Shown here: one piece after another, positions 1-14,947 of the stretch
Numbering within the stretch: the first letter of the stretch is position 1
Layout: each line of letters begins with the position of its first letter
Assembly (NCBI GenBank): GCA_950097015.1
Contig: CATNEN010000001.1
Coordinates: forward strand, 16,802,001 to 16,866,000
Direction of reading: 5' to 3'
From: Macrostomum hystrix
Lineage: Eukaryota; Animalia; Platyhelminthes
Length of the DNA: 64,000 bases
Notes under the pieces: model-generated
What the model was told of the DNA's origin: nothing
What the model saw: the letters and a program-made list of their open reading frames with translations, nothing else
The model's database searches: none
Made by a program: the position numbers and the translations under genes

Positions 1-556
1 CCAGTTGTGTGGAGTGCCAGTTGTGTCGAGTGCCAGTTGTGTGGAGTGCCAGTTGTGTGGAGTGCCAGTTGTGTGGAGTGCCAGTTGTGTGGAGTGCCAG
101 TTGTGTGGAGTGCCAGTTGTGTGGAGTGCCAGTTGTGTGGAGTGCCAGTTGTGTGGAGTGCCAGTTGTGTGGAGTGCCAGTTGTGTGGAGTGCCAGTTGT
201 GTGGAGTGCCAGTTGTGTGGAGTGCCAGTTGTGTGGAGTGCCAGTTGTGTGGAGTGCCAGTTGTGTGGAGTGCCAGTTGTGTGGAGTGCCAGTTGTGTGG
301 AGTGCCAGTTGTGTGGAGTGCCAGTTGTGTGGAGTGCCAGTTGTGTGGAGTGCCAGTTGTGTGGAGTGCCAGTTGTGTGGAGTGCCAGTTGTGTGGAGTG
401 CCAGTTGTGTGGAGTGCCAGTTGTGTGGAGTGCCAGTTGTGTGGAGTGCCAGTTGTGTGGAGTGCCAGTTGTGTGGAGTGCCAGTTGTGTGGAGTGCCAG
501 TTGTGTGGAGTGCCAGTTGTGTGGAGTGCCAGTTGTGTGGAGTGCCAGTTGTGTGA
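1..556. repeat. 16-bp tandem minisatellite (CCAGTTGTGTGGAGTG)n, runs off the left edge of the window
   Basis: Near-perfect unit read directly; the three overlapping ORFs here are translation artefacts. Confidence 0.97.
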
Positions 557-599
557 GTTGTGAGCTGGCTTGCTTGGAGGAATACTAATACGAGCGTAA

Positions 600-895
600 C
601 TGCAGGAGGGCTGCGGGCAGTGGCACATCATTTGGTGACGCTAGACCCGCAGCCAGCGAGGAGGCAATTCTGCCCGTTTCGCTGACTCCTGAGCACACAC
701 GCACACAGATACTGTACGCAGGCATACGCTCACACATGTGTTTACAAAATCTGTCCTGACTTTCTCATTGTAAAATGTCGGACGAGCCCAAGCCTTATCT
801 TCACGGCTGCGCCCCAAATAATTGTGGCATCGCAGCGGAATCGAGCTCAGGGACCTTATCAGTGTGTGAGGCAAACGCGATAGCCGCTCTGCCAA
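600..895 (-). mobile_element. tRNA-derived SINE, family 1 (internally deleted copy)
   Basis: Reverse complement has A-box TGGCAGAGCGG and B-box-like GCTCGATTCC; homologous to copies at 4.8, 16.9, 17.7, 31.5 and 52.8 kb. Confidence 0.85.
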
Positions 896-1328
896 TTCCT
901 CCCCGTGGCTAATTCTAGCCAGAGAGTGATGAGAATGCCACGTTGTGACCGGAAGGTAAGAAATTTAAGAAGCAAGTGAAATGATTAATAAAAAAATAAA
1001 TATCCGGACACATTCTGCAGTCGGTTTCACGTCGCCCCAGTGTCACCACTTCAGTTATAATGTTCTAGACAGCAGTACATTCCACCCAAAAGCACGTGAT
1101 AATCCCGCAAACAAACGTATACTCGGTTGTATTAAAATTAATCAAGAAAAATGTTCGGACGGTTAAGGAATGATAAGGAAACAGACATTTCTATGGCAAC
1201 ATCAGCTCTGGAGCATTGCTAGCGACATCAGTGAGTGACGCATAGAAGGCACAGACGTTTAGGGAATGTAAAATAAAAGTTGTGTAAAAGCTTTGCGCGA
1301 GTTAATAGTGAGATTTGAGACACTTCAT

Positions 1329-2189
1329 TCATTCCTGGCTGCAAGTGTCATAGTTCGGCACGTTGGCGACCCCGGTGGTGGCGCGAACACCGCTGAGCAT
1401 CTCCTGGCGGTAGAACTCGTACAGCTCATCGATGAGGTCCTTGGTGACAATGTGCAGCTTGCGAGCTTCGAGGTCACGCAGCTCCTTGCGCACCTCAACC
1501 TTGGGCCCGTCAACTTCGACCACCTTGCAGTCGTCGCTGCCAGCAGTCTTGTGGAAGTCGTTTATACGCTCTGACGTCTTGCTGCGCACCTCAAACAGAT
1601 CTGGCAGCATCTTGGCGGTCTGCTCGGCGCCCTTGCACACGATCAAGTACTTGTAGTCGGGAAAGAGGCTCTCCACAATGGTGTCTTCATCGGTGTCGCG
1701 GCTAAACAGGACGCACTCGCCTGAGCGAACGCTCGCGACGAAGTCGCAAACACCCAAGTTGACAGCCGGGTTGGTCTCCAGCACCCGACGGAACTGCAGC
1801 CAAGCCAACCGCTCGGCTTCGACCTGCAGCGACGGAGCGCAGGGTGACAGGGCGGTGCAGTCGGCAGCGGCATGGTTGTACAGCTGCTTCAGGGCTAGCT
1901 GCGTCTCGGGCATGCGGCTGAGGATGGCCGAGCAGCGCTTCAGCGCCTCCACCGGCGAAACTTCGTCAGCTTCGATCGTTTCACCGCCGGGCGTTGTCAT
2001 CGAGGTCGACCCCTGGTCAAAATCCTTTTTCTCTGTCAGTAGATGGTTGAGAAAGTTAGAAGCACTCCCGGTGCTCGTCACCAGACGTCGCAGACTGTCG
2101 GCAAAGCGTCGTCGAGCCTGCTGCTCAGACTTGGGCTCCATTTGGGCTAGGGTGAGTTTGTCAACCTGGGCTTGGATTGACGACTCCAT
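1329..2189 (-). CDS. Hypothetical single-coding-exon protein (~286 aa from the first ATG, MESSIQ...)
   Basis: Long non-repetitive ORF, GC-richer than its flanks; TACTAAC branch point and CAG acceptor just upstream on the minus strand (2242-2254); no family recognised. Confidence 0.65.
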   Translation of the reverse strand: MESSIQAQVDKLTLAQMEPKSEQQARRRFADSLRRLVTSTGSASNFLNHLLTEKKDFDQGSTSMTTPGGETIEADEVSPVEALKRCSAILSRMPETQLALKQLYNHAAADCTALSPCAPSLQVEAERLAWLQFRRVLETNPAVNLGVCDFVASVRSGECVLFSRDTDEDTIVESLFPDYKYLIVCKGAEQTAKMLPDLFEVRSKTSERINDFHKTAGSDDCKVVEVDGPKVEVRKELRDLEARKLHIVTKDLIDELYEFYRQEMLSGVRATTGVANVPNYDTCSQE

Positions 2190-3079
2190 TGTTGAGTGGC
2201 TGGTGGGTGTGCTGGCTGTCACTGGATTCACTTTATGAGCTCTGGTTGTTAGTATGTGTCTTCTTTACTAAGGAAAATGTTAAGACTGCGCCTTCACGAA
2301 TTCTCGGCTTAGTCGTACGGGCTGGCCACAGACTGTTAAGATGCCGGTGCCGTGTTCTTTTACCATAGACAGTCTCAAAGGCTGTCCCGAAAGCAGCGGC
2401 CGCAGCCGCAGTCTCTTGTGTGTACTTTGCTAAGCTTCTTATTCGTGTCGGTACTCATGCTCGCTTGGTTAAATAGCCAAGGCATCTAAGAAAATGGTGA
2501 AAATGGAAGGTACTTTTCATTTAGTCGGGAGCATAAAAGCTGGCGCTGGTTTTGGCATCTAGTCGTGGCTCTTTGCGTTTGATTAAAAAAGGCACGTTGG
2601 GTGTTAATGTACATGGCTGTCTTAGCCAATGTATTTCCGTACGTACACTGATATATTTTTATATATCTGTCAGATGTACTTGTATAGGGGACACTTGAAA
2701 GGATTGTACAGTCACAGTACATTAGTTTATTCATCAACTCAATTGTGTAGCTAATATTCTTTGAATGTTCAAACTTTTCAAGAACATGCGAGTTAATATT
2801 AACAGACGCGTACTACTCTACTTAAAGTAGTGTAAAAAGTGATCTCTCTTTAACGCGGAACTTTTAAAATACTGTAAATTCATTAACAGTAGAAAGACCC
2901 GTTATTTCCCCCGTGTGGAAGGCCAGGGATTGTATTTCAATTACCCACTGCCTACTTCACGAACCGAATGACAGTGAAAGTCCAAATGAATCAATTTCTT
3001 TCACTCTTTATGATGAACTAACTTTCAAAGCCGTTTGATGTCAGCGTCAACTAGAAATTCAGAAATTCAACTAGAAAAT

Positions 3080-3091
3080 CTATCTATCTCC

Positions 3092-3189
<98 letters not shown>

Positions 3190-3214
3190 ATCTATCTATC
3201 TATCTATCTATCTA
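3080..3214. repeat. (TCTA)n microsatellite
   Basis: Direct reading. Confidence 0.97.
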
Positions 3215-4751
3215 ATTGGCCTCCCATAATCGGCCAGTCGCAGTCCTGTCATACAAACCCAACATTCTGGCTCCCACTTCGCTTCCCTATCTCTGCCCCA
3301 TTACAGTCGGCCTATATCTATCACCCTGACCGGAGAGTACTCGTAAAAATGCATTTCAGCCCCTCGGGCAAACCGTCACATACCATTTTTATATGAGTCG
3401 CGGAATAAAACTGATTCCGGGCGATCCCACAGTCACTCTAAACTTGCCAAACCCCACAATGAGCCTCCACTCGTCACACCACAAGTCAGTTGAGCGGACT
3501 GACTCTCTCAGCAGTCACATTTTTTTAGTTGGTGGCTGACCGGCAGACTAGCCAGTAAGGTCCTTCCCACCCTCTCATAAATAGTTCTAGTCCCATTGAT
3601 CACAGGGCGTACGCTATAAATTCATTATATTTAAATGCTGCTTTGGTGCTGGTGGTGGGAGTGAAGTGGGGTTGCGGCAGCGGTCACAGAAATATAAATT
3701 CTGCCCCTTTAACTTATAAGCTTTCAGCTGCAGCTGCTCAGCAAGTGTTGGGACTGCAGAAGTTTCTGGTTGGCTCATCCCCTCCCCTTGGCCTCTCAAA
3801 ACCCGCTCTGCCTCCCCTCGTCTTCACTATCCGCTCCTATCTTCTAAAGGTTCTCCCAACGCATCCCCTCCGCTATCCGCTCCGTGATCCCAATGCTAAA
3901 TTCCCAAACAGCCAATCAAACTGGGAGATTGGGGATTATGCAGATATTTGGCTAATGCTCATATCCATATATCCGTCTGTTTTATATACATTAAACAGAC
4001 TATGAGTGCCTATTTGTAAACGTAACCCACTTCCCTGGACAGAACTGCGAATTCAATTCGCTCTGCAAATCGGCAAAGAAACACAAACAGCTTGTAAGTC
4101 TACAGATTATATTATTCCTATTGTTGGATTAACACAAATAGCAAGACAAAGGTAGAATTTCTGATAGTCAGTGGACACTCTCTCCCTGTCTTTTGTGATT
4201 GGCCCCCCGAGGGTGTAAATTGTACAAACCGCTTGCTGCATTCCAAGTGAATTAAAAATGGATTCGAAATCAGGGACCTCTACTGCTTAGCAGCTCAACA
4301 TCATCCTGATTTATTTACTTATTTCACATCCTTGATTTAAACAAAAAGCTTTCTTAAGTAGGACACCGGCTTATAGAAGGCCTGAGCACTAACTAACTGG
4401 TATTGTACTCGTAGGACCCAGAGCAAATAGGAGGGTTTTCGTGAGCCGGCAAATCTCTACAAAATGAGCATCTTTTGTCCCGCATTAGCTCGCGTATTTT
4501 GAAGTTTTCTTAAAAGAAGCTTTTGGATCAGAGAGGACAGGAGAGACAGAGAGGGGGAGATGGGAAGACAATGTGAAAGTGGAACTGAAGCATCCTGGGA
4601 ACTCGTCATCCCGAGGGTCTCATCCAGAATGCATGTTTGCCTCTGCCAAATTCATCCTTAAAAGTGGATTTGAGAACAGCACCAGCCTGCGTTCATGCTG
4701 TCCTCATCCCATATTGGCCTGTATGAGTGAGGCCTTTCAAAGAACTATTTG

Positions 4752-5094
4752 TTAATAATAGTAATAATGATAATAATAATAATAATTGCAGGAGGGCTGC
4801 GTGCAATGGCACATCATTTGAGTGACACTAGACCCGCAGCCAGCGAGGACACGCATACAGATACCGTACGCAGGCACACGCTCACACAGGTGTGTACATC
4901 TGCCCTGACTTTCTCATCGCCAGGCAGTGTACACTCCCACTGTGCCTTGGAGGTTGGCCCTCGAGGGCGTAAATTGCACGACAAGCCCCCAAAGCCTTCT
5001 CTCTGCGGCTGCGCCCCAAATAAATGTGGCCTCGCCGCGGAATCGAGCTCAGGGACCTTGGTGCGAGAGGCAAACGAGTTAACCGTTCTGCCAC
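4752..5094 (-). mobile_element. SINE family 1 copy with (TTA)n tail
   Basis: Homology to the 52823-53190 copy; A/B boxes at the right end, (ATA)n tract at the left end. Confidence 0.85.
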
Positions 5095-5591
5095 CTCAAG
5101 AACTTTTCGTTATTACGCTTTGAACATTTTGATTTTATCGATTAATTTTGCATTTATTTCCACTTTTCTATTGCGGATTATAAAAAGAAGACTATCGCAA
5201 AAATCTAGACTAAATTTGGCACCTACTCACGAAATTGCTCACAGCACACGCGCTAGAACTGGGAAGACAGCGGATCTCACCTCAAAGGATCTTTGTCCAG
5301 TCCACACACTCTGCTCAGGCTCAATGGTGCCCCTCCCCAGCCACTGGCATCATTAACTGCCCAGGTGGCGAATCCGATGAAGTGATTGAGAGCTCGGCAC
5401 AAAGAAAGTGAGAATGGAGTCTCAATCGATAGCATCATAATAAGAGAGCCGACAGGCATAGCTTAAGGAAGAAGAACCTAAAAAACTAGATAAAGACACG
5501 ATCTCAAAATCGATCATGCCTCATCGTCAGTTCCAGCTTCTCTGCTTCAATCGGGTGGCTCATTTCTGTTCCGAGTTCGTTGGCCCCTCCG

Positions 5592-6165
5592 ATGTCAGCT
5601 CGGCTGGTGACAGCGAAGTCTGCTCAAAGTACTCCAGTGGCGAGCGAGGCGACAACACAAATCGACGATAATGACGAATGCTACGATCAAGTAAGCTTAG
5701 GATTAGACACGCTAAACCCTAATTGGCCTCACTACTCACGTAACCCTGTCATGAGCACTTTAGCAACTCGGTCAGTTTTCTGACTTGTCTCATTGCAATC
5801 AAGTCGAGTGCCGACCCGTGAAAAACGGAAAGATTGTAACATCCATTTCTTTGTTTAACTGGTCTCATTTGCTAAAACTACTCATTCCATCTCTATTGGC
5901 GAGGCTTTACTCGCATAAATATGACATGACCGGTTCCTGCTCTTAGGTCAACGCTTCAGTGCTGATCTCCACATCAGTGGCATCAGCGATCCGGCCTCCG
6001 CTGCAGCCGCTGCTGCTTGTCAACAGTCATCGGAGCTCAAAGGATCAACTGGCGGCGAAAGAGCAGCAGCAGCAGCAGCCTGCTCTCTCAGCAGCGGAGA
6101 TGCTGAGGGAAGCTCCGAATGAAGTCTGCAATGACGGCAGTTCGCAGTCTCCAGATTCGGAACAT
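5592..6165 (+). CDS. Candidate upstream coding exons of RBFOX (5592-5690 and 5947-6165)
   Basis: ATG...CAA|GTAAGC then TAG|GTCAAC...CAT|GTGAGT; both exons end in phase 0, compatible with the phase-0 exons at 20722 and 21014; polyQ/Ala-rich like the RBFOX N-terminus; linkage inferred. Confidence 0.5.
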
Positions 6166-6724
6166 GTGAGTTTAAGAGTAAGTTTTTTGTGATTGTGATT
6201 TTATTGTGTAAGCATTAACTTTAATTTCTGGGTGTAACTGATTACTCACTGTCGATCAGCTATCGGTCAATCAATCAAAATCATTCTCTTTATCGATCGA
6301 GAGTACATTTTAAGATTGGTCACGTGACATATTTAACCGATCGCCATAGAGTGTATATTCAAATGTTAGCCACGTGACCTTATTATATCGGATCTAAGTA
6401 TAGTATAAATATTTAGTTCGTCATCTGAACTGACAATTCGACCGATATTAAGGTTCGCCTGTTTGTTAAACTATTTTATAAATAGTTAGTTGATTAGATT
6501 TGCCAAATTGAGGAAAATTATTAGGATAATTGAACTAGCTGGCACACCTGCTCACGCTGTGTCCAGCAGTGCGAAAGCCATGCTAAAATTATTTCTTCAA
6601 GCCCTAGCCATCTCATCTATTAGCAATGAGAAATGAGAAACTTTTACAGAAATTGCTTTGACACTTTTTGCTTTCGTAGTTTGACTCGTTCTAGCTGGCG
6701 TAGTCAGTGGCAGAAAAAATAAAG

Positions 6725-7870
6725 ATATTGAGAATGAGATTAGAGATAGGGAGAATGGAGATTAGAGATTGTGAGAATTGAGATTAGAGATATGGAGAAT
6801 GGAGATTAGAGATAGGGAGAATGAGATTAGAGATTGGGAGAATGGAGATTAGAGATTGGGAGAATGGAGATTATAGATTGGGAGAATGGAGATTATAGAT
6901 TGTGAGAATTGAGATTAGAGATATGGAGAATGGAGATTAGAGATAGGGAGAATGAGATTAGAGATAGGGAGAATGGAGATTAGAGATTGTGAGAAATGAG
7001 ATTAGAGATTGTGAGAATGAAGATTTGAGATTTAGAGAATTGAGATTAGAGATTGGGAGAATTGAGATTAGAGATTTAGAGAAAGGAGATTAGAGATTTA
7101 GAGAATTGAGATTAGAGATTTGGAGAATTGAGATTGTAGATTTGGAGAATTGAGATTAGAAATTGTGAAAATGGAGATTAAAGATTGGTAGAATGGAGAT
7201 TAGAGATTGGGAGTATGGAGATTAGAGATTTTGAGAATGGAGATTAGAGATTCGGAGCATTGAAGATTAGAGATTAGGAGAATGGAGATTAGAGATTGGG
7301 AGAATGGAGATTAGAGATTGGGAGAATGGAGATTATAGATTGTGAGAATTGAGATTAGAGATATGGAGAATGGAGATTAGAGATATGGAGAATGGAGATT
7401 AGAGATAGGGAGAATGAGATTAGAGATAGGGAGAATGAGATTAGAGATAGGGAGAATGGAGATTAGAGATTGTGAGAATTGAGATTAGAGATTGTGAGAA
7501 TGAAGATTTGAGATTTAGAGAATTGAGATTAGAGATTGGGAGAATGGAGATTAGAGATTTAGAGAAAGGAGATTAGAGATTTAGAGAATTGAGATTAGAG
7601 ATTTGGAGAATTGAGATTAGAAATTGTGAAAATGGAGATTAGAGATTGGGAGAATGGAGATTAGAGATAGGGAGAATGGAGATTAGAGATTTAGAGAATG
7701 GAGATTAGAGATTTAGAGAATGGAGATTAGAGATTTAGAGAATGGAGATTAGAGATTTAGAGAATGGAGATTAGAGATTTAGAGTATGGAGATTAGAGAT
7801 TTAGAGAATGGAGATTAGAGATTTAGAGAATGGAGATTAGAGATTTAGAGAACCGAGATTAGAGATAGGA
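6725..7870. repeat. 21-22-bp purine-rich minisatellite (GAGAATGGAGATTAGAGATT(G/T)(G/A))n with a higher-order duplication
   Basis: Direct reading; the variant block near 7015-7170 recurs near 7500-7640. Confidence 0.93.
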
Positions 7871-8459
7871 AGATTCTTCAGGACATTGTTGTAAACTTAG
7901 AGAAACATTTCAAATTCAAAAAATTCGCTTATTATTATAGTTGTCTAGTTTTACTACTGACAGTAGTGCTAATAAAAGTTTTCGACTTTCTCTCAACTTT
8001 AATGTTTTGGTTTGTTGAAAAAACGCTAGTTTTTGTCGGTAGATCTGAACATGAATCTGCTAGTAAAACTGCTGGACATGTAGCACGCAGTTCGCTGATC
8101 CCAATAATTGTCACACAGGCTGTTGGGGTCATTGGTAATTAATAAATGATGCACAGTTGCTGTGTGGCGGAGTGAAAAAAACAGCAGTAAAATGACAGCC
8201 CTATAGTAGTCATTGAGATCAGCTTCTCAAAGTTGGCTTAAGAAGGCCAAACAGCAGATCTGCTGTGCCGATGGCATGGGATCAAGTAATAAATAATTAA
8301 TAGAATTTATGCAGTCATATTCACGCACCGATGGGCAGGTTAGGCTTAGTTGTTGGCTTATAAAAATTAGGATCCTTGTGCGCATTAATGGCATCGGCGT
8401 CTACAATAGTCTTGATGATCTGCGTATCTAAAGATTTCCTGAACAACTAGCTAACAGCA

Positions 8460-8477
8460 ATGGCCCTACTGATTCAG
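8460..8477 (+). CDS. Candidate alternative first coding mini-exon of RBFOX (MALLIQ)
   Basis: ATG followed by a perfect CAG|GTAAGT donor in phase 0. Confidence 0.35.
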
Positions 8478-8775
8478 GTAAGTTTTCGTGCCAGTTAGAT
8501 ATGAATCATCATTTCGTAGGAGGAAATTTCCAATGCGTCATTTCAAAATCCCAGAATTTCTGCGTCCGCAGTCACTGCTTAGTCACCGATTTCAAACGGC
8601 TTCACATTTTTGTTCGCTGCGCTGCGCCTATCTAGCGAATAACTATTCCCATAGCAACTGTTGCTAGGCAAACACAAGCTGGCTGTGGAACTCATTGCTT
8701 CTTATAGATAGCTGGAATGATAATTTTTTTATTTAGAACTTTCGGATTTTAGGGAGATATCAAATTCACTACACA

Positions 8776-9002
8776 TCTCCTCTCCCTCTCTCTCTTCCCT
8801 CCTCTCTTCCCTCCTCTTCCTCATGTCCTCTTCCCCTCATCTCCTCTCTCCTTTGCCTCCTCTCTCCTCTCCCCCCAGTCTCCTCTCCCCCCTTCTCTCC
8901 TCTCCCCCTTCTCTCCTTCCCCTTTCTCCTCCCCCTCTCTCCCCTCTTCCCTCTCCCCCTTCCCCCTTTCTCTCTCTCTCCTCTCTGCCTCTTTCCTATC
9001 CT
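8776..9002. repeat. CT-rich polypyrimidine low-complexity tract
   Basis: Direct reading. Confidence 0.9.
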
Positions 9003-10683
9003 CAGTCAAACTTTCCTTTATCCCATAGTCTTCTGCCCTGAATTATCATCCGATTGCAAAATACGAATTTCAAACCTCACAGAAATTAAATTATAATCTG
9101 AAATGTCAATTCCGCTCTATGACCTCATAGCGTTCAATTCGAAACAAAAAATTATTACATTTCATTTTCCGCTTTTCGCTTCAAAAAACACGAGGAAACT
9201 GCGTATTTGTTTCTCATAATTCTTGTTTTATGTGAACAACTATAGTTATAGCGAAATTCTAGCCAAATATCTGGCACACAATCTTGTATCAAACTGTCAG
9301 GTCTTTATTAATTTGAATTTTACTAGCACAAGCAAGCCAATATAGCAGTATGTGTTCCAATTTAGACTAGCCAAAGAGTCACTCGGAAAGGCAGCAAACA
9401 ACTTGACTAGAACAGAACGAGTTCCTTGGAGGTGTGTAACCCGACGCCCCGACGCCTGATCAGCGTCGAATTAGTGATTCTGTCTCTAATTTCTGCTATA
9501 AGTTATAGACTTTGTCCGTGTATGCGCGTATTGTAATGAGTCACATTATGCAACAGTCAATTGCTCAAACCATTTTTAACCTACAGGAAAAATACTTCCT
9601 GTCCAATTTCCATCCACACGCCCAAGCCCTACATACAACAGAGGTCATTTTGGATAAAATTGAGTCCTGTCGAGCTGATAATTATCTAGATCCGAGACTA
9701 GTTACCCAACAGTCAACTTCCGGGGAAATGCCCGAGCATTTAAAGCAGGCCGCATGACAGCATGGCATGGCCCTAAAAAATCGTCAAATATGAAAAGTTA
9801 AACAAAATTTTTCTATATGGCAACAGGTTTAGTTAACAACCTTAGTGGGGTTGGCATTAATGCCTTTTATTGGAGCAGAAAATGAAACAGAACTTTGTTG
9901 TTTATATATCGAATTACATAGCACTGTTCTGTTTATGTACAATGCTAAATATATACAATCAATGGCATTTGTGGGGCCTATTCTATATAGCTAGCTGGCA
10001 TTTAATATAGTGAAGGTGATTTCTCACTTGTAAGCATACCGCCTTGTAACATAAACATAGGCGCCATTTCCACTTCACTTCACTGGAAGCCTGGAGGTCT
10101 AACACTATATAGAAGTATTCTACCCTATACCCTCTATTTCTGTTGTTGCACGTTCATTTTAGCTTGGTCCTTTAACCGCTGCTTTTGCGCTGCCTGCAGT
10201 TCGCACAGAAACACTCGGCCTCCATCCTCCACAACTTTCTCCCCTCCCTCCCGCCCGCCTCTGGTGTGGCGATCGTTCATTGGTCAGCCAGTGCGCTCGG
10301 TTTGCGACGCTTTCGAACGGTCCCTGTCCTTCATCCTTCTTCTACTAGAAGCCATTTCCGTTGCCCCAGTTCGCTTGGCGTGTGCACATTGCGAAGACCG
10401 AACCACCAGTACCACCGCTGAACACCAAGAACCACCATTTTCTGCTTTTAGGGTGGGGTTGGTTGATCGTAATGTACACGCCAGCCAACAACTAGCTGCA
10501 TTTTGCCAGAATCTAACGCTGATATATGTATTAAAGAGTCGGGCTAGATCTAGCTAGCATAAACATTGATTAACCAGAATAGTTGGTCTGCCTAGCTTCA
10601 GTCCTGCTTGCCCGAAGACAATTTATTAATACTCTTTTAATTCTGATCATTTGAGTTGAACATTTTGACTTCTTTCACACAAC

Positions 10684-10719
10684 ATGGAAGTGTTTTACAA
10701 TGTGCTACAATGCAAATTG
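10684..10719 (+). CDS. Candidate alternative first coding exon of RBFOX (MEVFYNVLQCKL)
   Basis: AACATGG Kozak-like start; TTG|GTGAGT donor in phase 0. Confidence 0.35.
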
Positions 10720-12291
10720 GTGAGTTATACTTATTCTACTGAGTATTTTCGATGCTAATATCTGTACATGCTCGCGTTTCAAACAGCAAACACCAATTTG
10801 ATGTCAGTATAGCAACTGGAAGACCTCAGAGAGATGGAGAATGATTTGGAGTCTTGAGGTCAATGCAATTTCGCCATCAGTTTCCTGGCTTCATCTCGTA
10901 TTGAATCGCATCTGCCTCAATTGCTTAGTCTGAAACACCGCCGCATAGATTCTCCGACCTTCGATGGCGTCCCACACAGCAACTGGCATGCCAACGGGAG
11001 ATAAGCCAATTTCTGTCTCCATATTCTTCGCATAGGGACGACTTCCCCTGGGACGAGTCGGTTGGGGGGACAGATAGGAGACAGTCGCGCTGTCAGGGGA
11101 CAGAAATCCTCGGCAGCAACGAAACTCATTTCTATCTTTTATCTCCAACAGCTCAGAGCTTGGGCTTACTGGGAAAAATATCCCAAGGGATATTTAGGGA
11201 CTTAACTCAAGCCAATTCTTGCAGGGTTGAACCAACGAGATCAAATCTGGGGAGCATGGAAGTTCATTTGTGACCATTTATAGATCCTCTTAGAATATTT
11301 AACAATAGATAAGCATTTTTCTTCAAGCTACTATTGATTTTTGGAATCAAATTATTTTTCATCGTTTTTTTAAACAAATTTTATTCATACTCGTACAACA
11401 TCATACTACTGACCAGTAGAATAGGTCAGAAGGACACTAACTCTTCATTTTATTTTTCCATTTTTACTGACTTTCTGAACCGATGCAAGTAAAAAAGATG
11501 TGACCAGAGAGGCTCGAAGTGGCAAACCAACAAGACTAATTTAGCTACGGAGCATATGGCACATGCCATTTTACCATAGACTAAGTACGGGTCTTGAATT
11601 TATTCGTCCCTTATTACCATAGACCATAGCAATGGCGAATCATATTCCTCATTTCGACCATATACGAGTACTTGTGAAGCCATTCCTAATTTAAAACCAA
11701 AGACCATAGACTACAGGCCCATATAGTACTGAAGTCATTCCTCACCTTAGTCCATAGGCCATAGACAAAAAAATACCCGGAAGTGTAGCCATAGACAATA
11801 GGGAGCCTGAATTAAATCCTTACGTTTCTTCATTTATGAGGGAAAGTATGTTACCATCGTATGCGTATATACGGGGGAAAATCTCCCAGCGCTTTCGAGA
11901 TGTTTCTCAATAGCAAGGCCAGCCCATATCTTCTACTCATTGGTCCGAATGCCCTTAGGAGAGACATTCCCTGGGGTCTAACTCCAGAAGCCAGGCAGCC
12001 CCATTCATTATGCCGTTGGCCCCCTTATTTGATTAGGTTAGCCGCGAACCGCCAGTGCGCAGAAATAAATAGAAAAAAGTAGATTTTCTCATTCAGCATC
12101 CCACAACCCCTACTCTAAGACCTATCCCTATTTTTCTCTGTCTGTCTTTTGCGATCCCTGTTAGGTGACTCCACTTCGATGCTAATGCCATTGGATTTTA
12201 TGATTTATATCGTAATTTGCTGTCTGTTTTTACTGTCACAAACTGTCTCAACAGGCTGTCCTTCAGGTCTACTCCTACATTTGGCTCAGGT

Positions 12292-12560
12292 CTACCCTCC
12301 ATCTCACCCTCCTTTCTACCCTCCATCTCACCCTCCTTTCTACCCTCCATCTCACCTTAATTTCTATCCCCCATCTCACCCTCCTTTCTACCCTCCATCT
12401 CACCCTCCTTTCTACCCTCCATCTCACCCTCCTTTCTACCCTCCATCTCACCCTCCTTTCTACCCTCCATCTCACCCTCCTTTCTACCCTCCATCTCACC
12501 CTCCTTTCTACCCTCCATCTCACCCTCCTTTCTACCCTCCATCTCACCCTCCTTTCTATC
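12292..12560. repeat. 24-bp minisatellite (CTACCCTCCATCTCACCCTCCTTT)n
   Basis: About 11 units, direct reading. Confidence 0.95.
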
Positions 12561-13041
12561 TTTAAAACTCCCGTCTATAATTTAGTCACCCAGCTTAATC
12601 TTCAGTTCTCTCATTGACTGCTTCATCAAATCGATCTAAATGTTTTCTACAGAAAACGTGTCCAGAATTTTTCCCATAATTTTCTCCAAATCCTCATATG
12701 CATATTGGCAGAGAAATTCTCGCCATCATTGATCTATCGGCTATCGATTGGAATGCACTGGCCAATGTTTGTTCATTTCTTGGCCCCTCTCTGATGCTCT
12801 GGAAATACAATCATGTCGAGCTAGCAGCCGCTGAAAAGCAGACTGCAATGAAAAAAATGGAAGGGAAGAAAAAACTTTCTCAAAGTGCGAAGTGTTCGTT
12901 CGCCCGAGCGACAAAAATTTATTGCGGCAATAATTACTAGCAAAGCTCACAGTGCTGAGCGCTGAGCCGTCACTCGTGACCCTTAGGGACCCAGTTGCTG
13001 GACTTCCTAAACCCCGTTTGCGGACTGGCCCTGTGACCCAG

Positions 13042-14308
<1,267 letters not shown>

Positions 14309-14947
14309 CTAGAGTTGCAAGTTAGCTCAGTCCTCGGCAGCGCCTGTGACATCGAGTGAGTCTAGAGCACAGCCTGTTGTCTCACGCGGCTCAATCATTC
14401 CTAGCTTGCCTAATCCAATTTGGCAACGAAGAAAGAATAGACAGGATGGCTGCCCTTGAGTCGGTCATTGCAAGTCAGTCTACTACCTTCTTACCCAGCC
14501 CCAAACTCCCTCCATCAAAGTCAAGTCTGAAGCTATTGGCCACTGGAGGCCATCTTCTGTATCTTCTCCTGCAGGCTCTAAGAGACCTGGGGGGCAGCAG
14601 GGGATATTTAGGGAATCGGAACGGAAGGGAAAGAGCAGAGAGAGCTAGAAATGAAAAGTAGAGACAGAGAGAGAGAGGGAATGAGAGCAGATAAGAGATA
14701 GAGACTGGAAACCCAATTTATTGCAACATAATTAATTCTATTATGCATCTGGCTCACGATGAGGGTATAGGTGGGTTTCCTGACAGTCTTAGAGATAGAT
14801 TTGAGAGAAGAAGTATTTTATTTATAGCTCCTTTTCTGTGACTCCCATCTAAAAGTAACTTTCTTTTTCTCACTGCTCTAGCTAATGGACTGGCAGTTGA
14901 GACATTCCAGCTTATGATTTTGTTGGCAATAAGCATCTGAAGTCTAG

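Noticed and set aside
5-588. Cys-rich ORFs in three frames
   Set aside because: Translation of a stop-free 16-bp tandem repeat
8648-8674. RFX X-box-like palindrome TAGCAAC-T-GTTGCTA
   Set aside because: Short motif with no demonstrable link to a transcription start; could occur by chance
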